57,030 nt of DNA, filler included, from Sphacelaria rigidula (GCA_964200075.2; 7 parts of 7 records of this genome joined end to end with filler, not necessarily neighbours in it); one strand, 5' to 3'. Counted from the first letter of the whole stretch, positions 36,307 to 50,167 are shown. The notes: generated by a model not told the origin, from the sequence alone. Made by a program: numbers and translations.

Positions 36307-36793
36307 TGTTGGTACGGGAATGTTAGGTACGGGAGGGTTCCTTTAGGTATGCTTCATTAGCCGCTCATGACTTGACGAAGTAAAGAAAAACCTTAGTTTT
36401 CGCTGCTTTGAGGATAAATCCTCGCAGCTGTAATAAAGGTTCGTCTGGGTGGGTTAGTGTATTGAAGATATTGGGAATCCCAGTAGACAAGATTGCAGAT
36501 ATGTTCATAGTTAGTCGGGTTCGGATGTGTGCTTGTATATTTGTAAAAGATAGCGAGATATACCGGCTGGAACCGACATAGCTCGCCCATCCTCCAGCAC
36601 TATCAACTGCTCCCCTCTGCTAGCCAGCAAAAAGAAGTCTAACCATCGGTGAGAGATATTGGCTGGTCTGGGTTGGATTGATTGAGTGGGTATCGGAGTT
36701 AGAATCAAGATAATTAAGAGAGAAGTAGTGAAGAACTTATTGCGTGAACCTCGTCTGATATTTGGATACTGAGCAAGTCACACGGTATCTACA
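36307..36793 (+). repeat. Putative LTR of Gypsy element 2
   Basis: Preceded by PPT-like gaggtgtgggagtggg (~36283-36298). Runs tgttggtacgg ... cggtatctaca (imperfect terminal IR, TG..CA) with AATAAA at ~36432. Confidence 0.45.
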
Positions 36794-38919
36794 AGTTGTA
36801 ACAGCCTGACGGTTGTACACTTGCCTGCCAAGCTTGTGCCTTGGGTTGCAAGCTGTGTCCTTGCATTATACTGCCGCCTGCTCTTTATCACAATAGCGTA
36901 ACATTCCGCTCGCTCTCAAATCTTCAGTCCACACCCCTTTCCTCCGGTGACCGGCTGAGCATTACCACTCAATGCCTTCGAACGCATACTCATTGCACGT
37001 CAACTTCCCCGCCACCCCCCTCCCTTTCCCTGCTTACATTACGCCTTGCCTCCAAAGCACGGGAAAGGGTCCCTGCATTCACGAGCGAAATTTCCCCCGT
37101 TCAGTATGCTCCACTGAAGATAATATCGTCGCAGCCGGGGGTAGTGCATGATCTTCGGTCACCGTTCGCCCCAAAACCACTGCCGCCTCGTGCATGTCCC
37201 ATTTCCGTCGACAGCACCTGGGTCGGTCAGGCAGTTTGGGGTTCGATACCTCACTCGGAAGTGTAGGCTCGAAAGGGGCATGAGGAGGGACCGGGAGAAA
37301 TGTGTTTGTCAGCCTCAAGTTTACGTCTCTTCATATTCCATTCTACCGACAACACATCTCTCGTCATCCGTCATCCACCTTTGTATCTTCACCCAGTCAC
37401 TATTTCCTTCCATCCAAACAAGCGACTCCTTGAATTAATATTTCCTCGTACTGTACTTTTGGCAATTTACCGGCCGTTACTCAACTCCATGCTTGAAAGG
37501 CAGCGCATGTCGTTTCATTTCTCTACCTGGCGTGCACTCCTGCAGCAATTATCCGGAATCGTGTACTGTTCTCATCTTTCGCAGCGCTTACACATCATGG
37601 TATTTCAGGCTCTCCCACGCTACGGCCCTTCATCATGTTCACGTTGCTGGTCCAATATTATTTTCGCTTCAGAGGTCCACCGAATTTCATCATGTCCTGT
37701 ACTTTACCTTCGTTACTACAACAGTTAATCGAAAAGAATCAATCACCATACCTCTTCGCGTTCGTCATAATTTCAAATCACTGGCTTTGCGATAATTTTT
37801 CAGTCAACGTTCACCGATCACCCTACTCTCTTGGCGTTTCGTTCCTACAATCTATCAACTAGCCAGCCAAACCAATTTTGTTACGCTACAACAGTCCACA
37901 ACTCAATTGCTTGCACATTTTTTTGGAAGAAAATCTGTGTTCCAGCACTCTCGATCTTCCCTCAGTCACAGTCCAAGGTACTCTAACGGTGTACTCACCG
38001 AAACAAAATAACTTATTACTTCACTCCCTCGGCAGTTTTTCCGGCCACCACTTGACATCATGATCGAAATATATCGCAATCGTTTTTCCCTGTTTATGAT
38101 GCAACTTCCTACAGTTATTTTCGTAATTATTCCTGTGCACATGTTTTTCGCTGCAAAGCTCTCGTTGTGATCGGCCTACCTACGCTGTAATATTCTACGT
38201 GTCTACGTTGCAGACCCATGTTTCCACTACAGTATTCCGCACACCTGCGAAAAAGTTCAGTCAACGTTCAACGATCGCTGTACTCTTGCGTGCCTCAGTC
38301 AAACAAATTTAGTGGATTCTAACACACTCTTGCGCGTCCAACTCACAGTCTACATTTTTCCGACTGCAACGTGCGTACATACAAGCAAGCAATCAACAAT
38401 CCGATGCGTTCAATCGTCCACAGTCAATATCACTCCACCATTTCACATCTCATAACATGAACGAAACATAAACAATTCATAGGCATCTCGGAAGACTCCT
38501 TTTTACCGAGAGAGAAAACTTCGCGCAGCAAATAGCATCTCATGGGTCAGTATACTAATCCCTTCTCCCAAAAAACTCCGTCCGGCCGGGAGAGAACAGC
38601 ATTTCACAGGTCAGGGTATCTCGCCTCTTCTCCTGGAAAACTTCACGTCCAGCTGAGAGAGAAACCTCTGCAATGCATACCACGTACTTCCTCCGGTTAT
38701 GTCAGTCCTTTCTGTTCAGATTACTGCAGACAAGGCCTCTTTTACTGCGGAGTCTTCATTACGACAGCCTACTCTCTACTGTGCAAAGCTTGACTACTAC
38801 GACAGTCGACTGCTGCTAGCATCCCTCTACAGTCCCTTGCTGATCAACCATCAAGAACGTAGTACATTATGTTAGAAAGCCATCCTGTCTGTTCTGCGAT
38901 ACACTGGTGATCTGTGATT

Positions 38920-39714
38920 TCATCCAGCTTCCCAACTTCTCATATGCCTGCCGCGGCCCCCGAGTTTCCATACTATGCATGTTACCCAAAACTGGCTTGA
39001 ACACACCCCGCCTTGTAATCCTTCACCATCAACACCGAAAACATATCCACCCCTAAAGGAAGACTCACGTTGGGGGGCCCTGCCCCCTGATGTTCCCTTG
39101 ACATCCCCCGAGCTTGAACCATGTGGGCCTTGGCTGCCTCCCCCATGGCCACGAAGGTCAGCTCCCTGCAGCCCCCTCGTGTGTTGCGGTTGACTTGTTG
39201 CTACGGTCCTCACCCCTCCTGGGCCGCTGCTTACAATGACCTCTCCGCTCCTGACGCCCCCGGCTTCACCCGCCCCGTTGCTTCTGAGCTGCATGTTGTC
39301 CAGCCGCTGTGTCATCTTCTCCAGCAGACGACCGAACGTCACTATCGTGCTCTCCACTTGAGCGATGCGACCTACGGTTAGAGAGGAATTCGTTCCTCTC
39401 TCCGAACCGTAGTCAGAAGACTGTTGTTGTTGGGCGTCCCCACGTGTAGCCATGTCTTCGTGCGTTGAGCCGTACCGGTAGGGATATACTAGTATATTGG
39501 TTGGCTCGGTTACCCGTGAAAAGTTGTACAGAAAGTTTATTCAAGCAGGTCAGCCAGTCTGACTGCGGTGGTGGAATGAAGTGAGATGATGTGCGAGCCA
39601 CATACCCCATGTCACCAAGCCAAGACTTCACGTATGTAACGGAACGCCTAAATGCGGTGTAAAACCCTACACGTGTATCCAACCATATCACCACACGTCA
39701 CGTCAGTCACCACA
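38920..39714 (-). mobile_element. Possible 5' end of a decayed LTR element: short LTR, PBS-like site, gag-like ORF
   Basis: Minus strand: TG...CA block 39714-39517 containing AATAAA, then gggtaaccgagcc (resembles the tRNA-iMet PBS tggtatcagagcc), then an ATG ORF 39453-38920 with a coiled-coil-like and a G-rich segment. No diagnostic gag motif. Confidence 0.35.
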
Positions 39715-39776
39715 TCGTAGATCCTTGTCGTAGACCTCTCCAAAGATACTCAATTACTCCAACATAGTTAACCATC

Positions 39777-39919
39777 GTCGGTCACACTCAAGTCAAGTGC
39801 TATCAACGATTCCAAAACGTTGCCCAACGCCGGTCAACTCTACTACAGTGCAGTAGAGTTGACCGGCGTTGGGCTACGTTTTAGAATTATTGATAGTACT
39901 TGATTCGAGTGTGAACGAC
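39777..39919. repeat. 143-nt hairpin (68-bp arms, 7-nt loop)
   Basis: gtcggtcacactcaagtcaagtgctatcaacgattccaaaacgttgcccaacgccggtcaactctact versus reverse complement of the right arm gtcgttcacactcgaatcaagtactatcaataattctaaaacgtagcccaacgccggtcaactctact. Confidence 0.92.
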
Positions 39920-42900
39920 TAGAGTCGGAATTTTAATGGGGCTGACAGTCCCGTGCGCTCCTCCCGTGCACAAAACGCGTTTTCGTTGAAATCAGCGACA
40001 CAGGCGCCGATTCGGGGTCTACCAAGGCCACACTTTGCCCAGGGAATGTATGCTCCGCCCTTGACCAGGGGTTCTCCGTATGCGTTGAGTTGGGTTTACA
40101 GTAATGGGCGGTCTAACTTATCAGCGGTGTTTGGGGTTTGCCCCGCGTACTACTCTTCTATAAAACTCGCAATTGCTAGCGTCGGTGGGTTTCGGTTGAA
40201 TACACAGATCATCCTCGAAACACATTGCCCGAGTCAGTGTTAATCGGTCTTATTGGGCGACGCTAGTGAATATCCCGTTCATCGGGAGGGTGTTATTGAC
40301 CGTGAAACCCAATTTTTTGGCTTTAGCCCAATGATTAGGAAAACAAATATGAAAAAATAAAACTGAACATTTCTTTACAAACATGATATAAGAGCCGATT
40401 TTGAATTTTGGGGTTCAACACTAAAATGAGGCTGATGTCGCATTTCTCTATTGCAGCGAAGATACGAAAGAGTAACACAGAGCGAAAGTATCTTCCCCCC
40501 CCAAACTCCGCAGCAGGACTTGACCGTCAGACCGCGAGAGTAGGTCACCTGCTGAATCGGCATCACTATTCACTTGGAAAAAGTACACGCGTGGTCCAGA
40601 TGGACTACGGGCACCACGGTCCAAGGCTTAAGCAGCTCTGGCTAGGTGCACCCAACGAAATGCGGTGTACACGCGTGTCGATGACGATATCACCAGAGGG
40701 AGAAGCAANNNNNNNNNNNNNNNNNNNNNNNNNNNNNNNNNNNNNNNNNNNNTTAATTAATTAANNNNNNNNNNNNNNNNNNNNNNNNNNNNNNNNNNNN
40801 NNNNNNNNCTTCCGTCCTTCTGTCTTTCGTGTGCTTCGGGGGAAATGAGCGAGGCGGAGGCGCAGGGGACGGGCTGCCGTCACTTTTACAGCACCAACGG
40901 CGCAAACAAATTGAACACCGTGTGCTCGACCTTCTGACGCAGACTGCGATGGACGAAACCAGCTGTGCAGCGGGAGCACAAAAATCGTTTCATTGATCCC
41001 CACCGCCTGACATCACGACGACGACCATTGCCCACAACGTTGATACTGACTGTACACACACACTACACGCATGTACCTCATACAAGCATAGGCATACTGG
41101 ATTCTTGGAGAGACAGGGAGAATGATGGGGAAGAAATACCGAAATAATCAAAAGGAAACACACACAGCAAGCACCACCACCGGGGCGAACAACGACAATT
41201 GCACGTTGGACAGCTCATGTAGGGTTTACTCTAAACTTTGCGATAAAAACAAAAACAAAAAAGGGTGGATACAACAATGGTAGCATGATTTTGAACATAA
41301 ACTGTCCTGAAATGTGTAGTCGCCAATAATTCATGTACTGATCCAGATCATGAGCTAGCTCATTCAGCCACCCTTTTTTCTCATATATTATCCCTGCACC
41401 GCTGGACGCCGAGCACGCGGGAGTAGCGCAAAAGAAGCGCTTGGGCTTGTCGGAACCCGCTGTCAGGTGCTTTGGGTGCTTCGAAAACGAATCGGAGAGT
41501 CCTCTTCGATTTGATACTTCAGGTAGCTTATGGGATGTCCGACGTGTGAAATAACAACAATGAAATGTCCGCGAGCGGTGGTAATTTTGATTCCTCGACA
41601 GCTATTGAAAAAAATCATTTGGCTCCTCGAGTTCGCAAATACCCGCAGTACCCATAAGTCTATGGGTGCATGGCATGTACACCAGCTTCATACGCTGTCC
41701 CCAAAACACAAAAGGAAGAAGTACAAAGCGACGAATCTAAACCTTCTACTCGTTCACTTCATTGCGAAATGGATTGTAACGAACTCTATTCTTTTTTTTT
41801 CTTCTCACCCTGTGTGTATGTTGTCGTCCCATCTATTCAGGACGTCGGTCTACACATTTCGGTATATGCGGGGGCACCAGCCGGGGTCACTCACACAGGA
41901 GGAAGGCCAACACAGGAGTGTTCTTGTTTTTTGTTTTTAGTACTCCACCTTCCTTCTGCAGTGCTTGCCTTTATTTTTTATCTCGAGAAGGGATTAGCAG
42001 TCCGTTTCCCTCATCGACTGTTGAGTCGAATTATGTGTACCCACGACATAGTCGTTCTCCACTGTTGGGCATGATTGGGTGTATTCAGTGTGAATACGAG
42101 GTTTGTGTTCGCGGATGACGAATTACAAGGGATGTACTCTGGTGTATGCCGAAGTTGAAACAAGATTGAAGGGATCGCGTGTCCAAGGCGCAAACGCCAC
42201 AGAGTTGGTTCAGCGAGCGAGCCTGGTCTGTTGCAAGAGCACCAAAGAAGCAGACAATATCACTCGAGACCAGTTGACCAGACAGCGACACGCCAGCAGT
42301 CTCAGTAGTACAGTAGTCCCCGGCACTTGATCGAGTTTTACAATGGACGACACATCAGCATCGGGAGCAGCAGCAGCTTCGCGAAACCAAGGACAACACC
42401 GGCACAGCACATCAGGAGCTCGAGCAACGGCAGGAGCAAAAGAGGGAAGGGCCGCAGGACGGGAACCAGACCGAGTCCCGGCACCACAAGCCGGAGGCAC
42501 GCACAGCAACCCGATCCCCATCAACCAGCACGCCCGCCCGTAGGGTAGTGCAGGCCATTTGAACACTAGCGCACCTGCACCCCCCCACCACCACTCGGAC
42601 CCCCACCTGGCCCAAGTCAGCCATCAGACATTCTAGCTCAAATCCTGCAAGCACAGGTGAAAACGAACATCAACATCGAACAGCAACACCAGCAAAACCT
42701 CCACAGACAGCAGACGCAGAGCCAAGCAATCTCGACCCTTCAACAGCAGGTGCATCTTCCCCAGTACGGACAACCACAACCGCAAGGCGGGGCCGCACAA
42801 GGCGGGGCCGGCCGGCAGCCGGCGAGCGCCGCACAGCAACAGACACATGGCGGGGGGAAGAGTATGCGCCCCCCCTCTGCTTGCACCCAACGTCCCACTG

Positions 42901-45032
42901 CCGTCACCCATCGGAGGGCCACTACCGCATCACCAACACCAACAGTCGCAGCTACATCACCATCATCAACCGCAGCAGCAGCAACATCATCAACCACAGC
43001 AGCACGAGCAGCACCAACAACCGCAGCACCAACACCAACAGCCGCAGCCGCAGCAGCCGCAGCAGCCGCAGCAGCCGCAGCAGCCGCAGCAGCTGCAGTA
43101 GCACCATCAGCAACCGCAGACGGACCAGCACCACGTACAACAACTCCATCAACATCAACCACAGCAATACTACCAAGCACAGTCGCAATCCCCGGTCCAC
43201 CAACTCTTCCAGCTCCTCAGTGGCGGGGAATGGGGACAGATCCAACAACTCATGCATGCAATGGGAGCGGCCAACACCGCCCGCCAGTACAAAGAAGGCC
43301 GAAGAAATGCAGGAGAAGCAGGAGATCAACAGCTGACTCTCGGACGAAAACAAGGCACTCTTCCACATCCTCAGGGGCGGGGTCTCCATTTCCATTTCCA
43401 TGTCTGATTCAAACTTGAAACTCAAACTCCGCGACGTGGCCGACACCAACCGGGGCATGCTGAGCAACCTCCAGACGTTGACCGGCGTAGACGTCACCAA
43501 CTTCCACGCCCCGGTGCCGCCTGGCATAAAAAAAACTACTTTCGCGCTGAGGTTCATGTCGCCACATTCACCAAGGCGCTGGCCATCATCATGAACTTCG
43601 GCACCACCGACAACGACGGCGGGCGGAATAGGAGAGCTTTCATCACAGGCGAGCTGACGAGGATGACGTCGGCGCTGGACGCGTACACCGGGAAAAACTA
43701 CGCTGCTCTACACAGAGACGAGGCGGCCGTCAAAACCCGCATATCACTGACTTTAACCACGACATCAACGGGTGGCTGACAGAATGCAGGGACGCGGGGC
43801 TGAATCTACGCATGGAATCTCCCGCCGCCCCACCCACCAACGGGCAGGGCCCCGCGGCGCCGGTACCAGTCTTCACCGGCGTGAAGATGCTCACCGCCGA
43901 CGGCCACCCCAGCAGCCTCATTGGTCGCCAAAACCCCGGGTTCGCGGTAGCAGGCTCACCCGCGTAGCCCGCCCCCAAGACAGCCGTCAAGCGCAAGGCG
44001 CTCCCCGACGGGGGCACGAGCAACGCGGTGAAACGTATCGCTTCCCGCCCTCCGTCATACCCGCCCCAGTGGCAACACCTGACGCCACCGAACATCGATT
44101 TCAACACGGAACCGGCGTGATGGGCCCCGCCGGCGGGCGTCTGCTTTCGAGCATGGTAGGGCCTCATATGCCCAAGGGGGCGCGGCTGCCGCCTACCGGA
44201 CCACACCAGCAAGCATGAAGCCGTCGGAGTCCCCCCCCTCCAGCCGCCAGCGGCGTTCCAGATAAATCCAACACCTCCGACGGCGGCGACGGCAAAACCA
44301 ACAGCACCAACGTACAGTGGCGCGCTTTTCTCACAACTTCGGTGGAAATGGCGGAGCTGGGCGGGGCACCTGAGGGTGCGGGCTCCGCCAGTCGGCGGGG
44401 CCTACCAGTCTGGGGGGAGGAGAAGCACTGGTCACGGACTCAGCGAGGTCGGTGGGTATCGCTCAGGCTCCCCAACCGGGATCGGTGGCGGCAAGTTTCT
44501 TTCACGGTGAGAGCAGAAGTACCGACGCATGTAGCAACCCTAAAGCACGTCACAGCGGTAGATCGCGTAGTCCCATCCCGCACTACCCGCGCCCGACAAA
44601 CAAGTGGGTGACCAACCCCACCAAGACGTACTGTAATAAAGCAAATGTCGGCAGGTTACACTGGATTGGACGGTAGAGCTCACACCCATGAAAAATCCGA
44701 TGACTTCACCGCCCCGCGCAATGACACGAAAAACAACAAACACGCGAGCAATGACCCGCACGACTACAGTAACCGGTCGACTCTGAGGTATAACGGAACG
44801 CACGAACGTGCACAGGTAAGCCAGCAACAAGACCAGGTGATCTGCCCGTCCATGACTAACGGAAACAACAGTAGTACATGCAGACACCACGCCAAAACCA
44901 CTCCGCACATCCCCGCAGACAGGAGACGTGTAGAAGCAGATCCGGCGATCAGCAGTTACGCATAGGTAACCCTGAACGTCGGTAGATCAGACAATAACAG
45001 AACTCATGCTCCCTGTGAAATTCGAATCACTC

Positions 45033-45245
45033 CCAGTGCAGAAGAAGACCCGGCGTTCGGCAGTTCCGAGGGAACCCTGAACAACGGCACGCCCATGTTG
45101 ACGAGCGCAAAGCGTGCAAACTCGATAACCAGTGACTTAAGGGGAGCACAAGATCATAGAGGTGCAGAAGAAGAACCGTTGTCTGGCAGTTTCGAGGGAA
45201 CCCTGGATAACGGCACGTCCATGTTGACGAGCAGAAAGCATGCAC
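45033..45245 (+). repeat. Imperfect direct repeat (~85 bp, ~128-bp spacing) upstream of the DIRS RT
   Basis: gtgcagaagaaga...ggcagttYcgagggaaccctg...aacggcacgYccatgttgacgagc at ~45036 and ~45162. Confidence 0.8.
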
Positions 45246-45828
45246 GAGTTCAAAACGGCACCTGGTGCACTAAAGCAAAACCGTTAACCAATAGTTGCAC
45301 AGAGGTAGCCCCAGACAACGGCTCGCACACGTTGACGTGTGAGGAGCCCGCAGGGAAAACGAACAACACCGCTAGCAAGGAGATCATCGGTAGGCGAAAT
45401 TTCGGGTCGGTGAGAAACTCACCTCCAGTTGGGACCACACGCCACCGAAGCCCAACCGGACACACAGACCACCAAAGCAAAAACCTCAATACCCGGTGGA
45501 AACAGCAACAGCAAGAACTATCGAATACACACAGAGACCCAACAGAAATGAAACGCATCATCACAGACCTAGCCGTCACCTGCACGAGTCTCGTCCGACT
45601 CAAACACGGAAGAATCGGGGATGTAGCAAAGGGGCTCGACGGCACTTTGGTGTCACCGCCGATGAACCTGAGAGACGTCCACGAGTATTTCGGAAACCAA
45701 AAACACTTCCCTCGGATACGAGAACTCCTGTACATGATTGACTACGGAGTACCAATGAACACATCGTCCGCGGTCCCGATCTTCGAGGAGCGCTGAAATA
45801 CGGTAATCACCGCAGTATTGAAGAACAT

Positions 45829-47640
45829 ATGCCTCAAGTCTGGGAGAAGTTGGTTGAGGATGTACGAAGGAGCAGATGCCTGGTGTTTGAAAAAGGGGCG
45901 GCGCTCGAAATCAGCGGCCTCAGAGTGGCCGCGCTTGGGGCAGTAGTAACTGGCAAAGTCAGGATTATCAACGATATTTCGCTCGATCCCAGCGTACCCA
46001 AGGGAGATAAAGGCGGCCTCAGTTGGGACACAATTGTGGACGAGGTGCCGCAATGCCTCTGCGGAGAGGCACTCCCAAGACTACTGAATGAAGTCCTGAA
46101 GTTACGTATCAAGTTTCCGGATAGCAGAATCCTACTGTCAAAGGCGGATGTCTCGAATGCGTTCAGAAATGTCAGGATCGCACCCGACCAGGCGCAAAAC
46201 TGCTGTTACGTGGTAGACGACGTTATAGTAGCAGACTTTCGGCTCACGTTCGGGTGGACGGGATCCCCCGGCTACTGGGGACTCTTATCACCGGCTGCTG
46301 AACACGCACACTGCAATACCACAATACTCGACACTTGAATACTCGACGAAGGTAGAGAGATGATGAAACACGTGACCATAGTCGAGCCCTGGGAAGAAGG
46401 GACGCCTACAAAGGTCCCGCCAGACGCTGCTACCTCCCCAGCAAACGGGGGGGGACTCCACGACCCCTTTTTCGTTAGCGTGTACGTGGACGATTTTATC
46501 CTAGCAAGGGTACAGCACGGCGCGCAAGATAAATCGGCGCTTGCCGCGTCAGCTTCGCTAGCCTCAGATCACATCAGACTTTTCGGTCTCGGAGAGCCGG
46601 GCGAGATACCCATACTCGCACAAAAAAAAAAGCACAAAGTGGGACACCAGTGTAGATGCCTTGGGATTCACGATCGACACACATACCATGCGGATAGCGG
46701 CCACTCGAGAAAAGGTCGAAGCTATCAAAGAATCGCTGGAGCGCGACTGGGCCGCGGACAAGACACGCGCGACCGCGCAAGACGTACTCAGCATAGCTGG
46801 AAAATTCTGGAACCTCGCGTTTGTTGTAAGACCCGGAAAATACTTCGTATGGCAACAACTACTCCTTACCGACCTACACGTGGCCGCGAAACAGAAACGC
46901 AAGGTGAGACGAACAGTGATCCTTGGCTGGGAGTTGCACGAGGATATCGCCTTTTGGAAATGGGCAATTGCGGAGAACATGGTGCACCGCAGTGAATCGA
47001 TTAGCGCCCCGTTCTTTGCCCACAAAAAACGCACCGCATCTCGTAGATATATCTCCGACGCGAGCCTGGCAGCGGTAGGCGGGTGCTGCCCAGAGCTCGG
47101 GTTATTCTGGTGGTACTCTTTACCACTCGAGCTGACATGTGAACTGAAGAGAAAAGCGAAAAATAGAGAAACATGTGCGATCACTAACAATCTACTAGAA
47201 CTGTGTGGAATGTTCATGACCACCTGCGCTATCCAAATGTTCAAGGGCGAAAGGCCCACAGAGAGAGGAGAACCAATCCTGTTGCGCGGCGACAACTCGT
47301 CGGCTGTACACTGGGTAATAAATGCGGGGGATCAAAAGACAGACGCGCCGCCCTTCTGATGCGAATGATGGGTCGCATGGAAGTCGCGACTGGGTGATGT
47401 ACTATAGCAAAACACATACCTGGCGTCGAAAACGAGCTAGCAGACGGCATCTCGAGATGGCCGGAGTCGGAGGTGGCCGAGAGGGTAGCACGGTTGTCAG
47501 GAAATCTCAATTGGAAACGGCTAGAGCTGAGGAATCGAGGCAGAGAGATACTCGAATTGACTCTGCAAGAAAAACCCCTGGACCACAGCCTAGACGAACA
47601 GATCTGGAACATAATGTCCCGGCAAGCAGGCTGAATCCGC
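45829..47640 (+). pseudogene. RT/RNase H of the DIRS/Ngaro element
   Basis: Motifs as listed for the element. Stop at 46336, frameshift in the A-run ~46622-46632, further lesions ~47320-47400. Confidence 0.92.
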
Positions 47641-47684
47641 GCTGAACTCGTGATACTATTGCAGGACAAAAGAAAGGCCCCGCC

Positions 47685-48742
47685 AGAGATGAGAAGGGCG
47701 TTGCAAAGCTAGTAGAACTACTAGCCCACGCGTCAATTAACGCCAGCACAAGAAGCGGGTACGAAAAAAAGTTCGAAACGTGGTCGGAGTGGAGGGCCCG
47801 CGGAGAAAAGCCCGTATATATGTCAAGGACCGACGGCGAGGCTAGCGCGGGCATCGACATCACTGAATTTATTGCGTGGCGGCTTTTACGCACAAAAACC
47901 AAAGGGGGACAGTGCGGGGGTATTTGTCAGCGATAAGCTTTTACCACAAGATGCATACCGGTTGGGAGTTACCTATGAAACACTGTATGATAGCAACCGT
48001 CTCAAGGGAGTGGATCGAGCACACGGAAAATCCGAAGTAAGGCCCCGCGTGCGAAAACCACTAACGCTATCGCTGTTGGTAGAAGGGAGAATGCTAGAGA
48101 CGGGTACGACACAGAGCCGAGTCACATGGATAGGCCTAGCCCTATCGTATTTTCTTCTATGCAGGGCCTCCGAAATCTGGGCATATAACGATGGCTCGGT
48201 ACATCCAGATTTTTGCCTCCGGAGGGGAGACCTTACCTTTTTCAGAGAAAACTCCCAACTGATCTGGTCAAGCAGGGGCATGGCCGATAGGGTCGAGGTG
48301 CGTTTTAGAGCCTCCAAGGCGGACCAAAAACGCCTTGGGGCGGTTGTATCTCGAACAAGAGAAGGAGGAAGCGCGCGGGGCGCCGAAAGATCTGAAAACA
48401 CAGGGACGCTAGAGCTCCTACTCGAGCTGCTCGACTACCACTCAGAGTTGGGGGCAGAAGCTCCACTGATGCAGACCGTAGGTAAGACCGGATGGGTAGC
48501 AGTCACTCGGGCACGCGCGACGAGCGCACTTAGGCAACTAATTTCCAGTACAGGGAGGGACCAAACGGAGTACGCGCTGCACTCCGGGTAGGATCGGGGG
48601 AGCAACACATTTAGCGGCGCAGGGGGCGTCGCAACTGCAGATTCAGAGGGCGGAGAGGTGGAAATCGCTGGCCTTCATGACGTACGTAATGGCGGGGGGC
48701 GAAGGAGCGAACTTCGTATCGCAGCCACTCGCTGGGGAGTAA
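47685..48742 (+). pseudogene. Tyrosine recombinase of the DIRS/Ngaro element
   Basis: N-terminal STRSGYEKKFETW, then LSYFLLCRASE (catalytic R) and FRASKADQ (K). After a +1 frameshift at ~48587: HSGRIGGAT...QRAERWKSLAFMTYV (HxxR, W, catalytic Y). TAA at 48740-42. Confidence 0.92.
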
Positions 48743-49261
48743 AGTACAAACAAAGAAGAGAAGAAAAAAAATGAAATTGAAGTGAAGAAAAATAGGAGAA
48801 GGAAAGAGGGAACAAATCGGGCTGTCCAATGGGGTAAGAGTACAGTAAACAGCCGATTCTCGAAAATGGNNNNNNNNNNNNNNNNNNNNNNNNNNNNNNN
48901 NNNNNNNNNNNNNTTAATTAATTAANNNNNNNNNNNNNNNNNNNNNNNNNNNNNNNNNNNNNNNNNNNNGCCTCATGGGTGCGAGGTCAATGGTTTGATG
49001 ACTTTGGCATGCATGATCATGTGTACACCCCCCCCTCCCCCCCCCCGCGCGCACCCCTCTACTAGCGGCTCAGGTTTACAACCATGGACCAGATTTGTGT
49101 ACCTCACTATTTGTGTTACCAATTACAAACGAGTGATATAGAGCAACTGGGAGATTGCGCTTTGCAAGTTCTGATTATCTCCGGCGCTAAACAGCACGAC
49201 CCCACACATGCATGATGATAACTAACCGCTTTTTCCTGGCGTCTTTTTCCCCCATCATAGC

Positions 49262-49565
49262 TTCAACTCAAATCCGTAGTCTCAGGGGATCAACCAACAT
49301 ATACCCCCGGGGCGTGTGCCTGAATCATTTCGGTGACCGCAAATTGGATCAGCATTCCCCGCCCCGCATCGACCGACCCTCCGTCGACCTTCGTTTGCCG
49401 CTCACGTCCGCAACTCACGTCAAACTGTCTTCGCTTCTCATGCCGTCACGTTACAAGATAAACGGCAGAAACCAGATTCCTCAGGGAAAAAAATGTGTTC
49501 ATTGGAATTCGAGCCCACTACTCCCCACCCTGAGACATAACACTTGGACCACCGGAGAGCGGTGG
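49262..49565 (-). mobile_element. tRNA-derived SINE-like element (relative of 26165-26430)
   Basis: Minus-strand head ccggtggtccaagtg...gggctcgaattcc (A/B-box-like) and shared body blocks. Confidence 0.55.
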
Positions 49566-50023
49566 CATATGAGCAATGCTACGGAAGGGGTGCCCTTTGT
49601 GCGCGAAATCGTGCCTGGTTCAGGGGCTCCTAACGATTCTAGATGCACAAGAATATCGGTCAGAGCATCCCCGTTGGCAAATTCATGTGGGATATCCTTG
49701 GCACATTAGAGTTGTAATCTTTGCGCAATTTTTCACATATTTCATAAGTCATGTTTTGGATGCGATAAAGGGTTCCTCACAATTCTAACCTCAGAAATTT
49801 TTTGTGCACCTCTACCGCAGCATCAGACATATCTCCTTGGCATGTACCCGCTAGTATTGTATACCCACACGAACACGCACACCACGTGGGTACCACCGCG
49901 CATGAAGTGACAATGTTTCCACAAGCTGTTGTGAAGGGCTCATCACCTTTCTACCGCACACAGCTCTCTACACGTAAGAGTACAGTCTACTTGTCAGTGT
50001 GGTCGTAAGGACACGCCTCTTAC

Positions 50024-50167
50024 CAGGCGAAAAAGCACCGTGCGAGGGATTTCCACCGCTAGTGCGTGTTTTCGCCTTCCAACAACGTCTTGATCTTCAC
50101 CTCCATCCGTTCCGTCGAGGTCTTCCTCCTTGCTGTGGCCGTTATCCTCGCCCCCGCCCCTCCTTCG

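Larger units (their letters stand above)
42330..48742 (+). mobile_element. DIRS-order (Ngaro-like) tyrosine-recombinase retrotransposon, decayed
   Basis: Low-complexity ORF1 remnants, then RT (KVRIINDIS, SKADVSNAFRNVRI, FGWTGSPG, VYVDDF), RNase H (ISDASLAAVGG, NLLELCG, RGDNSSAV, HIPGVENELADGISR), then YR. No DDE integrase and no recognisable methyltransferase. Many stops and frameshifts. The 5' boundary is approximate. Confidence 0.93.

Noticed and set aside
41790-42075. Possible SINE-like dispersed repeat
   Set aside because: Single occurrence in the window with no clear A/B boxes or TSD; cannot be supported without a genome search.
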